64,000 bases of DNA, from assembly GCA_002298125.1 (NCBI GenBank), contig DBMJ01000016.1, forward strand, positions 1-64,000, written 5' to 3'. Within the stretch, counting starts at the first letter, position 1. Every line of letters starts with the position of its first letter. The notes under the pieces were generated by a model that searched no databases, was not told the DNA's origin, and saw only the letters and a list, made by a program, of their open reading frames with translations. Source of the stretch: Clostridium sp. UBA701. Its GTDB lineage: Bacteria; Bacillota; Clostridia; Clostridiales; Clostridiaceae. The position numbers and the translations under genes are program-made. Shown piece by piece: positions 10,518 to 20,304 of this stretch.

Positions 10518-11302
10518 TGAGTGAATTAATAAATTATACAAAAATACAATATTTAAGAAGTATAAGCTGGAAAAGGATTATATTTACACTATGTATGATA
10601 ATCTTTATGTTTATAGGTTCTTATACCAGTACTAACAGGGATATAAATTACTTGGATTTTTTATTTGTTACCTTGATTTTTCCTCGAAATATTGTGCTAT
10701 GGCTAATTCTTTCCTACATAATTTTTATAAGTAATATTAATTCATCCTCTAGTGCAGCTAGTGAAATGTTTATAAGAATTGGGAGTAGAGCGAAATGGTG
10801 GCAGAGCAAAATATTACTTTTGACTATAAAAACCACGATTTTTAGCTTTACTGTGTTTTTATTAGGCTTCGGATTTTCCCTTACCACTTTTTCTTATGGA
10901 AATAGTTGGAGTGCGAATTTAATCAAATGCGATTATATTATGCTGGAAGAATACTTGAGCGTGCAGCCAGTTAATGCCTTTATATCCATTGGCCTATTAT
11001 TGTTTTTGGGTATGCTTTGCATTGGTATTTTAGGCTTAGTAGCTTCTACCATCATTAAGGGAAGATTTACCTTTGTTATTACAGAATTGCTGCTGTGGGT
11101 GGGCATATCCTCTCAGTTGACACTTACTCCAGGCTCCTTTATACGAAAATTATACTATAACCACATAAACTTTATATATCATAGCTTTGGGTATGGATCA
11201 AGGTACCTGTCTATATCGCAATCCATGCTCTACCTTGCTGTGGTATCACTTATCCTTTATTATCTAGGAAAGCTGTTAAGCTATAAAAAGGACTTATTAT
11301 GA
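10517..11302 (+). CDS. polytopic membrane protein, ABC-2-type permease-like (paralogue 2 of 3)
   Basis: 261 aa; start overlaps upstream stop (ATGA). Confidence 0.5.
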   Translation: MSELINYTKIQYLRSISWKRIIFTLCMIIFMFIGSYTSTNRDINYLDFLFVTLIFPRNIVLWLILSYIIFISNINSSSSAASEMFIRIGSRAKWWQSKILLLTIKTTIFSFTVFLLGFGFSLTTFSYGNSWSANLIKCDYIMLEEYLSVQPVNAFISIGLLLFLGMLCIGILGLVASTIIKGRFTFVITELLLWVGISSQLTLTPGSFIRKLYYNHINFIYHSFGYGSRYLSISQSMLYLAVVSLILYYLGKLLSYKKDLL

Positions 11303-11303
11303 G

Positions 11304-12116
11304 GTGGAAATGAGAAGAAATTATATATTTGAGTTGATAAAATACAATCTTCAAATGCTATCCTTTAAAAGGTTTTTTATAATAACACTGCTATTTAATG
11401 GTATCATGGCGTTTATCAATTATGAAGCATTCAAAGGGGAAGGGCTAAAAAGTGCCTTGGATATACTTTTTGTCACTTTTGCAGGTCCAAGAGCGGATGA
11501 GGTATTTCTATATAAGAATATGGAGTGGTTTTTACTTCAGCTTATAATCATGCTTTTTACCGGAGATTTTTTATATAACCTTATACTTCGGAAAAGCTCC
11601 TTTTTGTTTGTAAGGACGAATAGGAAAAACCTATGGTTATCCTTGATGTTATCTCTTGGTATCATCCTTAGTTTATTTTTTATAGTTTCGTTCTTAGAGG
11701 TGCTTTTTATAGCTCTACTTAAGGCTCCTCTAAATATCACTCAGGGTATTTTTATGGAGAACCTTGAGAGATTTAATAATTTTCAAATCATATTTTGGAT
11801 GTGGTTTTTACTATTTCTGTCCTGTTATGCTATAATGGCTGTACATTTTTTATGCACTCTGTATTTTAGAAGCTTTCTACCTTCATTGATTGGAATAATA
11901 ATACTTCAGGTAATAACAATCTTTTATAAGGGACTAGATATAAAACTTATAAAGTGGCTTCCAGGAAATCAGGGAATCATTATTAGACACAGTTTGTTTC
12001 AAAATTATTCTGCCAGTTTTTCATTAAGCTTTTCTATAGCTTATAGCATAATTTTAATTGCCTTGGTGCTCTTTATAGGTATGAAAAAAATAGAGAGCAT
12101 GGATATCTATATATGA
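11304..12116 (+). CDS. polytopic membrane protein, ABC-2-type permease-like (paralogue 3 of 3)
   Basis: 270 aa, translationally coupled. Confidence 0.5.
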   Translation: MEMRRNYIFELIKYNLQMLSFKRFFIITLLFNGIMAFINYEAFKGEGLKSALDILFVTFAGPRADEVFLYKNMEWFLLQLIIMLFTGDFLYNLILRKSSFLFVRTNRKNLWLSLMLSLGIILSLFFIVSFLEVLFIALLKAPLNITQGIFMENLERFNNFQIIFWMWFLLFLSCYAIMAVHFLCTLYFRSFLPSLIGIIILQVITIFYKGLDIKLIKWLPGNQGIIIRHSLFQNYSASFSLSFSIAYSIILIALVLFIGMKKIESMDIYI

Positions 12117-12132
12117 TGGAGGGGTTAAATCA

Positions 12133-12768
12133 ATGGAAAATATAATAGCTGTAAAAAATTATAATAAAAGAATAGGAAGTCAAGTGGTGCTTAAGGATAT
12201 AAATATGCAGCTTGAAAAGGGAAAGATATATGGACTTAAGGGGAGAAATGGGTCTGGGAAAACTATGCTTTTAAGAGCTATGTGTGGACTCATATTCCCT
12301 GACAGTGGAGAGGTATGCATTAAGGGGAAACCTATTAGTATAAGAGATGTTATCCCTCCAAGCATTGGTGCAGTAATTGAAGCTCCAGGCTTTATACTGG
12401 AATATTCAGGCTATAGGAATTTGAAGCTATTGGCAAGTATAAAAAATACCATAGATAGCAAGCGTATTGAAGAGGCTATGGTGATGGTTGGGCTAGATCC
12501 TCATGATAAGAAAAGGGTTAAAGCATATTCCCTAGGCATGAAGCAGCGTTTAGGAATTGCCCAAGCAATAATGGAATACCCTGAGCTAGTTTTATTAGAC
12601 GAGCCAACCAATGCTCTAGATACTGATGGAGTGGAGATTTTAAGAGCATTGCTTTTGGATTTAAAGGGAAAGGGTGTTACCGTTGTAATTGCAAGCCACA
12701 ATCAGGAGGACTTAAATTTACTCTGTGATGAAGTGTTCTTAATTGAAAAGGGCTGTATAACTACTTGA
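12133..12768 (+). CDS. ABC transporter ATP-binding protein (short, 211 aa)
   Basis: Walker A GRNGSGKT, signature LSLGMKQRL, Walker B LVLLDEPTNALD, H-loop. Confidence 0.85.
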   Translation: MENIIAVKNYNKRIGSQVVLKDINMQLEKGKIYGLKGRNGSGKTMLLRAMCGLIFPDSGEVCIKGKPISIRDVIPPSIGAVIEAPGFILEYSGYRNLKLLASIKNTIDSKRIEEAMVMVGLDPHDKKRVKAYSLGMKQRLGIAQAIMEYPELVLLDEPTNALDTDGVEILRALLLDLKGKGVTVVIASHNQEDLNLLCDEVFLIEKGCITT

Positions 12769-12773
12769 AATAT

Positions 12774-12800
12774 GAAAGCTTCGGAAACTCCGAAGCTTAT
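12774..12800. terminator. bidirectional terminator (AAAGCTTCGGAaactCCGAAGCTT)
   Basis: perfect palindromic stem between convergent genes. Confidence 0.6.
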
Positions 12801-13309
12801 TTAATAACATCAAAGCCATATTTCCTATCTATAATATAGCTGTCAAAGCCATATCTTATAAGTGCTAAAGCCATAATTATATCCCCTGTGCTGCCCGTAA
12901 GATTTATTATAAAAATCATGCCTCCAAGATATAGGGGCAGCAGCAGTGAAAGCAATGATATTATGGTGAGTGGTGCAAGCAGTATTATTAAAAAGGCAAT
13001 TCTTTCAATAGGCTTGCCGGAGGTTTCCTCTGTATAAGCATAAATCAGCTTAAAGCCATAGCGCACCCTTCCACCAAAGAGTTTGTAGAACAGCCCATGG
13101 ATAAGCTCGTGAAAAAGAGAAACCTTTGCCACCATAAGTAATAGACTCAGTAGACAAAAGATCATTAGGAACTCTTTTGGAACTAAGACTGCCACCCGTT
13201 CAACATATTCCTTCATTATAAAGTAGAAGGTATCATAGAGACAAAGAGTTAGTAACAGGGAGAGAACAAAGCTTAGTAAATGAGTTTTCCAGGTGATTTT
13301 AAAACACAT
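12797..13309 (-). CDS. DUF3267-family membrane protein (putative zincin-like, HELIH motif)
   Basis: 170 aa; FHELIHGLFYKLFGG motif and TM helices; AAGGAG RBS. Confidence 0.5.
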   Translation of the reverse strand: MCFKITWKTHLLSFVLSLLLTLCLYDTFYFIMKEYVERVAVLVPKEFLMIFCLLSLLLMVAKVSLFHELIHGLFYKLFGGRVRYGFKLIYAYTEETSGKPIERIAFLIILLAPLTIISLLSLLLPLYLGGMIFIINLTGSTGDIIMALALIRYGFDSYIIDRKYGFDVIK

Positions 13310-13379
13310 GATAACACTCCTTAGTTATTGAACTTTGAACATATAGTCCCCAATAAACACATAAATATGCATTTGGCAA

Positions 13380-13410
13380 AAAAGCACCTGGGGAAATAAC
13401 CAGGTGCATC
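13380..13410 (-). terminator. intrinsic terminator downstream of permease B (GCACCTGGggaaataaCCAGGTGC, T-run on minus strand)
   Basis: 8-bp GC-rich stem, A6 on plus strand corresponds to T6 after the hairpin on the minus strand. Confidence 0.55.
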
Positions 13411-13414
13411 AAAG

Positions 13415-14626
13415 CTAGGAATAGACCTCCTTCCTTCTAAAAATAAAGAAGGAAGCAATTGCAAACAGTAAAGAGGTTGCTATAAACACTATAATACAAT
13501 TAGAAAGGCATAGACTGCTCTTTATCTGCTGCAAATTTCCGCTAAGCACAGCCCAAATATCTCCATAGGATATATAAGCATATTGCTGCAGAGGAACAGG
13601 CTTTTTTGTGGAGATAAAAATATAGTAAAGAACCATAGAGAAACAGCAGCCTGTGGTGAGAGATAGAGTACTCTTAGTAAAAAGTGAAGACATAAAGAAT
13701 GCCCCAGAGGCAAGGGCTGCAATATAAAGAATCTCTAATAACGCATAGTAAAGTATAAAGCTGTATGCTGGAATAAGGCTTTGAGAGCCTGCAGCATAAG
13801 CTGGAATACTATCCTTTAATATAAAACTAGCACCGTATTCTGTGGGTGAATTTAAAGGCCCCCAACCGTTTAGTACTCCTGTTGCAATAAAAAATATAAA
13901 TTGTACACCAAGTACCAGTATTACTGAGGAAATTATTGAAGCAACGTACTTAGAGATAAATACCTCAGTTTTAGAAAGAGGTTGGGAAAGATATAATCTC
14001 ATGGTACCCTCACTATGCTCTACAGATACTATATCAGCCACAAGCAGGGTGACTACAATGAGTAAAAACAGTGGGGATATCTCCTCAGAAAAGGTATTTA
14101 AGAACTTAGTAGCAGTGAGCTTCATTTCATCTGGTACTATTCCAGTTTCCTTATAGGCAGTAAGTCTTTCATAATTCTTAATTTGAAGACTCCCCTTGTC
14201 TACAGCACTTCCTTCTAATAGGGTATCCTTAGGATTAAAGCCGTCTGTTGAGCCCTTATCAATATTATCCTTTAGCATATTTAGATCTATGTTAAGTTTT
14301 TTATATTTGTCGCTTAGACTAGCAAGCTTAGTCTGAAGGTCAGTCTGTTTTTTTTCTTCCTCTGCTATCTGCAGCTTAATAGACTCATAGGTCTCAAGCT
14401 CACCCTTACTTTTCATGCTTTCACTATAATCCTTAAGGCTTGTAAGCTTCATATCTATGGCATCTATTTTATTAACAAGCTCCTTACGGCTAGAATACAC
14501 ATTTCCCTCATAGGTAGAATTTACTCTATAGCATACGATGATGCAAAGTACTGCCAAAAGTGCTGCAATAACCAGAGTTTTAACCTTTAATTGTTTATAT
14601 AACTCAATGTTAATTAGCTTAAGCAC
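13415..14626 (-). CDS. ABC-2 family permease with large extracytoplasmic coiled-coil loop (NatB-like), copy B
   Basis: 403 aa; N-terminal TM, ~170-aa Lys/Glu-rich coiled-coil, then 5 TM helices; probable GTG start with GGGGGGAG RBS. Confidence 0.6.
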   Translation of the reverse strand: MLKLINIELYKQLKVKTLVIAALLAVLCIIVCYRVNSTYEGNVYSSRKELVNKIDAIDMKLTSLKDYSESMKSKGELETYESIKLQIAEEEKKQTDLQTKLASLSDKYKKLNIDLNMLKDNIDKGSTDGFNPKDTLLEGSAVDKGSLQIKNYERLTAYKETGIVPDEMKLTATKFLNTFSEEISPLFLLIVVTLLVADIVSVEHSEGTMRLYLSQPLSKTEVFISKYVASIISSVILVLGVQFIFFIATGVLNGWGPLNSPTEYGASFILKDSIPAYAAGSQSLIPAYSFILYYALLEILYIAALASGAFFMSSLFTKSTLSLTTGCCFSMVLYYIFISTKKPVPLQQYAYISYGDIWAVLSGNLQQIKSSLCLSNCIIVFIATSLLFAIASFFIFRRKEVYS

Positions 14627-14650
14627 ATTACTCCCCCCTTAAAAGTGTCG

Positions 14651-15364
14651 TCATCTTATATCACCTTTCATCAGGGCTTTGTAGCACTCTGAAATGCCCT
14701 CATATTTCTGGAAAATCTCTTCCTTGGTATAATTAGCTATGAGCTGTCCTTCTTTAATAAAAATGAATCTGCTGCATATCTCCTCTATATCCAGTAAATG
14801 GTGGGAGGATACCAACACTGCAGTATTTTTAGACTTTGCAGTATCAATTATAAATTGTTTTAAATCAATTATTCCTGTGGGGTCAAGACCATTGGTAGGC
14901 TCGTCTAAAATAAGCAGCTTTGGATTGCCAAGTATGGCTATGCCAAATGCCAAGCGCTGTTTCATGCCATAAGAATACTTATATACCCTATCTTTAATTC
15001 TTTTTTGCAGACCAATCTGCCCTATTACCTCAGGAGTTGCTGATTTAGGAAGCTTACGCACCTTCCTAATCATTTCAAGATTTCCGTAGCCATTTAAGTA
15101 TTTATACAGAGAGGGGCTTTCAATGATAGCTCCAGCATACTTTAAGGCTTCCTCTCTGTTTTCTTTTACCTTGATGTTGTTAATTATGACCTCTCCGCTG
15201 CTCGCTTTTACTATGTCCATGATAATCTTTATTGTGGTACTCTTCCCTGCGCCATTAGGTCCAATAAAGCCAACTATTTCTCCCTCTGAAAGAGAAAAGG
15301 TTATATCCTCAAGTATCTTTACAGATTTAATAGACTTTGAGATGTGATTGACCTCTAGTATCAT
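14651..15364 (-). CDS. ABC transporter ATP-binding protein (NatA-like)
   Basis: 237 aa; Walker A GPNGAGKST, signature YSYGMKQRL, Walker B LLILDEPTNGLD. Confidence 0.85.
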   Translation of the reverse strand: MILEVNHISKSIKSVKILEDITFSLSEGEIVGFIGPNGAGKSTTIKIIMDIVKASSGEVIINNIKVKENREEALKYAGAIIESPSLYKYLNGYGNLEMIRKVRKLPKSATPEVIGQIGLQKRIKDRVYKYSYGMKQRLAFGIAILGNPKLLILDEPTNGLDPTGIIDLKQFIIDTAKSKNTAVLVSSHHLLDIEEICSRFIFIKEGQLIANYTKEEIFQKYEGISECYKALMKGDIR

Positions 15365-15381
15365 AATAAACCTCCTTGAAA

Positions 15382-16569
15382 TTAATATATCTGTTGTTTT
15401 TTAAATATAAAATGAGACAATAAATAGCACACCACACAGGTGACACCCATAGTAATAATAGCGGTAGGTATAGTTAAAGCATTATTTCTCATATCTGGCC
15501 GAAGATTTCCTGTAAGCAGTCCTGTTATGTCTCCATAGCTTGAGAATAAGAAGCTATGAACTGCTTTAAAGGCCTTGATATTATAGATTATGGTATATAT
15601 CATGAGCAGCAGACACACGTTAAAGCTTAGGGATACAGCAGGCTTCTTAAAGATTACTGAAATTAAGAAGCCCAAGGAAGCAACTGCTGCAATATACAAA
15701 CATTGAAGAAGGAGAGAGTATATCATAAAAATATATCCTGGGACAAAGTACTGTGTACCTTTGATATATACAAGAGAGGAGGAGTTCTTAATATAGCTTG
15801 CCCCAAGCTCCATAGGGGCATTAAGAGGACCCCAGCCATATAGAAGACCTAAGATAACAAAATAAAATAGCTCTATAAATAGAAACAGTACAATGGATAC
15901 AATAATCGCTGCCAGATATTTTGCAAGCAGGACCCTTCCTCTTTTTACTGGCTGGGATAAATATACCCTTAAGGTGCCTGAGCTGTGCTCTGAGGATACA
16001 GCATCACCTACAAGCAGGAGTATGAATATTGCCATGTAGAGAATGCACATATTTGTAGGAAATTCTCTTATATAGCGAAGAGCTGTAAATCTATCATCAT
16101 CAGGTATGATTCCTGAAGCTTTATAGGCTTTATATATCTCCAATTGCTTTTCCATCTCTTGAATATTTCTATAATTTACTGTATCTAAGGCCTTGTTCTT
16201 CAATTGAAGCTCAAGCTCCTTTATACTATAATCCATCCGGGAAAGCTTATCCTTTGCAGAGGTTCTTTTTGCATAAAGTAGGTCTAAAGCTTCGTTATTA
16301 TTTGTAATACGTTCCTCTGTTCTTTGAATTCCTGCAATATCACCATTTTTCTTATACCTCTCAAGGTCTTCTAAAAAATTCTTATTCAAGTTTTCACGGC
16401 TTTTTATAACAATGTCTGAAGCAGAACCATTGGAGTTTTTAACAGCAACCTGGATATGACAATAAGCATTGTATACCAATTTACCACAGAGAATGAAGAA
16501 GAGGAGTATAACAATAAGAGTCTTTAGCCTTAAGAATTTCTTTAATTCAATTCCCAATAGCTTTATCAT
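15382..16569 (-). CDS. ABC-2 family permease with coiled-coil loop (NatB-like), copy A, paralogue of 13415..14626
   Basis: 395 aa, same architecture and conserved motifs (SSEHSSGTLRVYLSQP.. / GWGPLN..) as copy B; AGGAGG RBS. Confidence 0.6.
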   Translation of the reverse strand: MIKLLGIELKKFLRLKTLIVILLFFILCGKLVYNAYCHIQVAVKNSNGSASDIVIKSRENLNKNFLEDLERYKKNGDIAGIQRTEERITNNNEALDLLYAKRTSAKDKLSRMDYSIKELELQLKNKALDTVNYRNIQEMEKQLEIYKAYKASGIIPDDDRFTALRYIREFPTNMCILYMAIFILLLVGDAVSSEHSSGTLRVYLSQPVKRGRVLLAKYLAAIIVSIVLFLFIELFYFVILGLLYGWGPLNAPMELGASYIKNSSSLVYIKGTQYFVPGYIFMIYSLLLQCLYIAAVASLGFLISVIFKKPAVSLSFNVCLLLMIYTIIYNIKAFKAVHSFLFSSYGDITGLLTGNLRPDMRNNALTIPTAIITMGVTCVVCYLLSHFIFKKQQIY

Positions 16570-16720
16570 AATAACCTCCTTAAAAATAGGGGATGGATTA
16601 AATCCTCACTTATATATACGATTTCTATATACTGAGAGTTCAAACAATTATTACCTGTATACAGTCTTTTACGTCAAAACAAAAAGCAGTTTTTACAAAA
16701 AAAGCAGCACTTTTTACAAA

Positions 16721-16752
16721 AACAAAAAAATGGCTTGATTTTGCCATTTTTT
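16721..16752. terminator. A/T-flanked hairpin terminator (AAAAAAATGGCttgattttGCCATTTTTT), probably bidirectional
   Basis: seen in sequence between permease A stop and kinase-like gene stop. Confidence 0.5.
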
Positions 16753-16765
16753 CACTGACTATTGT

Positions 16766-17353
16766 TTATTTAATTTTATAGGTTAAGTATCTGTTCATGT
16801 TTGAGCGCCAGGACTTAAAATTTTGTGAAACTGTCTCAGCTGTTTGTAGAAATTCTTCCAGTACATGAAGGTTGTTTAACCCTTTCATTAGGTGTCTTGG
16901 ATAGTTTACCTGCTTTGTATAATTCTTTTTGGGATCTATTACTATAAGGGATAAATCTTCTTGCACATAGATGTCTTTACAGCGTATATCTAATCTACTA
17001 AAGCCTATTTCCTTAAACTCAAGGATTAAACTAACTAGGTTTTCTGCAAGCTTTTTGCATAATCCACTTTCCCTGATATAATGATCGAGTCTTTTACCCC
17101 CCACATAATCTCTCACTATATAATAGTCACCATGCTCATATACCCTTGGGAAATGTCTGCTTAACTTTCCTGCTCTTTGAAGTATTTCATATTCACCCTT
17201 GCAGACCCTTTCACTTTTAAACACCTTTAGAATCTTACATTCAGGCAGCATATATATTATTCCGTTATGACCGCTATCAAGATATTGTCCCTTCTTAAGA
17301 TACCTTTCAAGATTTGCATCTCCTCCTATGAAGTACCCAAGCATATTACCCAA
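16766..17353 (-). CDS. small protein-kinase-like fold protein (RIO/Kdo-kinase-like, atypical)
   Basis: 195 aa; Gly-rich N-terminus (GYFIGGDANLE), conserved K in ILKVFK, IVIDPKK catalytic-loop-like segment; weak recall-based assignment; TTG start. Confidence 0.4.
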   Translation of the reverse strand: MGNMLGYFIGGDANLERYLKKGQYLDSGHNGIIYMLPECKILKVFKSERVCKGEYEILQRAGKLSRHFPRVYEHGDYYIVRDYVGGKRLDHYIRESGLCKKLAENLVSLILEFKEIGFSRLDIRCKDIYVQEDLSLIVIDPKKNYTKQVNYPRHLMKGLNNLHVLEEFLQTAETVSQNFKSWRSNMNRYLTYKIK

Positions 17354-17547
17354 AGCTATAACCTCAACTTACATTGTTTATCTATATATTATTCAAAAAA
17401 ACTGCATAGGTTACTAGTTTTTTGAAGCCTTAATATAATATTAACGTGATCTTGTCAACATATTTTATCATTGGGATTCCATATTATTGAAATATTCATG
17501 GAAAAGTTGTAGAGTATAATTATTATGAAGAATGGAAAGGGGTTAAA

Positions 17548-18144
17548 TTGATGAAAGAAAAAATAGCAAAGCTTATAAGCATAGTAACCGTTGCTCCCAT
17601 TGTTGCTTTTATTTCTTTGACCTTACTATACTCTAGTGATAAAGGCATGTTTAATAACAATGTATTGTGGTATATAATTTCAGTGGTTTTCTTGACATTG
17701 CTACCCATTTCAGCCTATGCCTTAAAACCTGTATTGCCTAATTATAAAGATAAGGGCAGAGAGGGTGAGAGAAAATTAGCTTTTATATTAGCCGTTATAG
17801 GATATGTTTTAGGAACCTTATGGGCAGTGATTTTCAATGCACCCAAGGATGTGAAGATTATCTTTATAATTTACTTGTTATCCGGTGTTGTACTCTCGTT
17901 TTTAAACAAGGTATTAAAGATAAAAGCAAGCGGACATGCCTGTGGGGTTTCCGGCCCTGTGACATTTCTTTTGTTTTTTATGGGCGCTAAGCTATGGTAC
18001 ATAATAATTGTGCTTCCACTAGTTTTTTTTGCTAGAGTAAGTCAGAAGCGGCATACCTACAAGGAACTGCTGCTAGGCACAGCTGTAGGGGTATTTTCAG
18101 CACTGATGGTATTAGGTGCTTACTTCTTGACACTCAAAATATAA
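17548..18144 (+). CDS. hypothetical polytopic membrane protein (5-6 TM)
   Basis: 198 aa hydrophobic ORF. Confidence 0.4.
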   Translation: MMKEKIAKLISIVTVAPIVAFISLTLLYSSDKGMFNNNVLWYIISVVFLTLLPISAYALKPVLPNYKDKGREGERKLAFILAVIGYVLGTLWAVIFNAPKDVKIIFIIYLLSGVVLSFLNKVLKIKASGHACGVSGPVTFLLFFMGAKLWYIIIVLPLVFFARVSQKRHTYKELLLGTAVGVFSALMVLGAYFLTLKI

Positions 18145-18222
18145 AAAAATAATAACTAGTAATGTAATTATCTATATTTGTATATTAAGCAATTGTTGCA
18201 CTATAAAATACCTGATATATAA

Positions 18223-18849
18223 TTGAAATATAGTAATTATAATACAATATTTTCTGGAAGCATACAAAAAGGAGTTGAAGGAATGTCTGGTGAATTATGC
18301 AAGAAGGTTTTCTCTATTATTTTTTTAATTCTTGTTCTATTTTCTTCTACTGCATGCGACAAAAAACAAAAGGACCCGATTATAGATAAAGCAGCTTCTT
18401 ACAAGTTCGCAATTTACTATAAGAGTTTTGACTCTGCACCAAATTCTCCAGAAGATCGAAAGATAAGTGAAAAACCGCTGATAACTGAACATGACATTAA
18501 AAATTACTACTGGACTAGTCATAAAATTGAATTTACAGATGAGTTCTTAAAAAATCATAATTTTGATATAGATAATGATTTTGAATTATTTAGCACTAGT
18601 GATAAGCTTGGGATATCTGACCTAGATACTGCTCTCATAGTGGTAAAGGGGAAGCTTATTTATGAAGCAGGCTTTCCACTAAAACCGTACAGGTCTTCTT
18701 ATAGTGGGGATGAAATTGTTTTAGAGGTTGCTCCTAAAAGTAACATGCTTCACATTGCGTTAAATGATCCAAGTAAATCAAAGGATTTACGTAAAGACGA
18801 TAGAATATATAATGCGTTAAAAGAAGCCGGGGTTTTAGTGGAGAAATAA
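18223..18849 (+). CDS. hypothetical lipoprotein (signal peptide + LFSSTAC lipobox)
   Basis: 208 aa; GGAG RBS; lipobox Cys at ~residue 45 if the 18223 start is used, or a shorter signal from internal M (MSGELCKK..). Confidence 0.45.
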   Translation: MKYSNYNTIFSGSIQKGVEGMSGELCKKVFSIIFLILVLFSSTACDKKQKDPIIDKAASYKFAIYYKSFDSAPNSPEDRKISEKPLITEHDIKNYYWTSHKIEFTDEFLKNHNFDIDNDFELFSTSDKLGISDLDTALIVVKGKLIYEAGFPLKPYRSSYSGDEIVLEVAPKSNMLHIALNDPSKSKDLRKDDRIYNALKEAGVLVEK

Positions 18850-18852
18850 TAT

Positions 18853-18893
18853 AATCCCCTAGGATAGAAAATTTTGTTATCCTAGGGGATTTA
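18853..18893. terminator. bidirectional terminator (AATCCCCTAGGATAGaaaattttgtTATCCTAGGGGATT)
   Basis: 15-bp near-perfect stem between convergent genes. Confidence 0.65.
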
Positions 18894-19688
18894 CTATATT
18901 GTCTTCACAGCTTTAGTAGGACATTTCTCTGTGCAAGCCTTGCACTGAGTACATTTCTCGTAGTCCACAGCTGCAAGGTTGTCCTTTACATGTATGGCGT
19001 CATAGTCACAGCTTTTTTCACATATCCTGCAGGAAATGCAGCCTGCAGAGCAGCTCTCTCTCACAGCCTTTCCTATATCCTTGGAGTTACACTGCACTCT
19101 AACCTTCTTCTGAATAGGAACGGCCTCAATAAGGTTTCTAGGACATACCCTCATACAGGCACCACAGTTTACACACTTTTCTTCAACTATTCTTGCAATA
19201 CCATTTTCCAGTACTATAGCACCAAATTTGCATGCCTCATAGCAGCTTCCAAGACCAAAGCATCCATAACCGCAGCCCAAGGGATTTTCCTTCCACAGCT
19301 TTTCTGCTGAAATACAATCATTTATTCCACCATAATCAGCCTTGATTTTAGTATTGTCACAGCTGCCATTACATTTGACAAAGGCTATCATTTCCTCTTT
19401 TGCTTCTACCTTAACACCTAGAATATCTCCTATGGAGGAGGCTACGGAGGCACCGCCTACAGTACAGGCATCAGCTGCTGCACCTTCCTCTACTACTGCC
19501 CTGGCATAAGCGTCGCAGCCAGTATAACCGCAGCCGCCGCAATTTGCCCCGGGGAGCACTTCTCTTATACTTGTTATTTTTGGATCTACTTCTATTTCAA
19601 ATTTCTTGGAGGCATAGCCTAGCAATGTGCCAAAGACCATTCCAAGACCTCCAAGGGTCAAGGCTGAATATATAAAAGTCATCTGCAT
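18894..19688 (-). CDS. rnfB: Rnf electron-transport complex subunit B (polyferredoxin)
   Basis: 264 aa; N-terminal TM, multiple CxxCxxCxxxCP 4Fe-4S motifs; last gene of the rnf cluster. Confidence 0.85.
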   Translation of the reverse strand: MQMTFIYSALTLGGLGMVFGTLLGYASKKFEIEVDPKITSIREVLPGANCGGCGYTGCDAYARAVVEEGAAADACTVGGASVASSIGDILGVKVEAKEEMIAFVKCNGSCDNTKIKADYGGINDCISAEKLWKENPLGCGYGCFGLGSCYEACKFGAIVLENGIARIVEEKCVNCGACMRVCPRNLIEAVPIQKKVRVQCNSKDIGKAVRESCSAGCISCRICEKSCDYDAIHVKDNLAAVDYEKCTQCKACTEKCPTKAVKTI

Positions 19689-19702
19689 ATCTCACTCACC
19701 CC

Positions 19703-20281
19703 CTAATGTATAAGTCCCTGGAAGGACATAAATGCTATGGACATAAGCCCTGCAGTTACAAGGGAGATGGGAAGGCCTCTTAGAAATACTGGAATGCTTT
19801 CGTTGTTGTCAATTTTTTCTCTAATACCTGCCAGTAAAACTATTGCCAACATATATCCAAGTGCAGAGCCAACTCCATTAACTACGGATTCTAAAAAGTT
19901 GTAGTTTTGTTGAATATTGATAACGGTCATTCCCAGTACGGCACAGTTTGTAGTTATCAGCGGGAGGTAGATACCAAGAGCCTTATACAGAGAGGGGCTC
20001 TTCTTTTGTATTACCATCTCAACAAACTGCACCAGGGCGGCAATTACAAGTACAAAGGCTATAGTGGATAGATACTCTATGCCAAGAGGCTTTAGCAGCC
20101 AGTTATAGACCATATAGGACATGGTGGAGGCTAGAGTCATAACAAAGGTAACAGCCAAGCCCATGCCCACTGCTGCATTTAGTTTTTTGGAAATGCCAAG
20201 GAAAGAGCAGATACCCAAAAACTTTGTAAGGACAAAGTTGTTAATCAGCATAGCGCTTATAAATATCAATAGTATCTTCAA
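19703..20281 (-). CDS. rnfA: Rnf complex subunit A
   Basis: 192 aa polytopic; RnfA/NqrE family pattern. Confidence 0.9.
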   Translation of the reverse strand: MKILLIFISAMLINNFVLTKFLGICSFLGISKKLNAAVGMGLAVTFVMTLASTMSYMVYNWLLKPLGIEYLSTIAFVLVIAALVQFVEMVIQKKSPSLYKALGIYLPLITTNCAVLGMTVINIQQNYNFLESVVNGVGSALGYMLAIVLLAGIREKIDNNESIPVFLRGLPISLVTAGLMSIAFMSFQGLIH

Positions 20282-20304
20282 AATTTCACCTTCCTTCTCT
20301 CACA

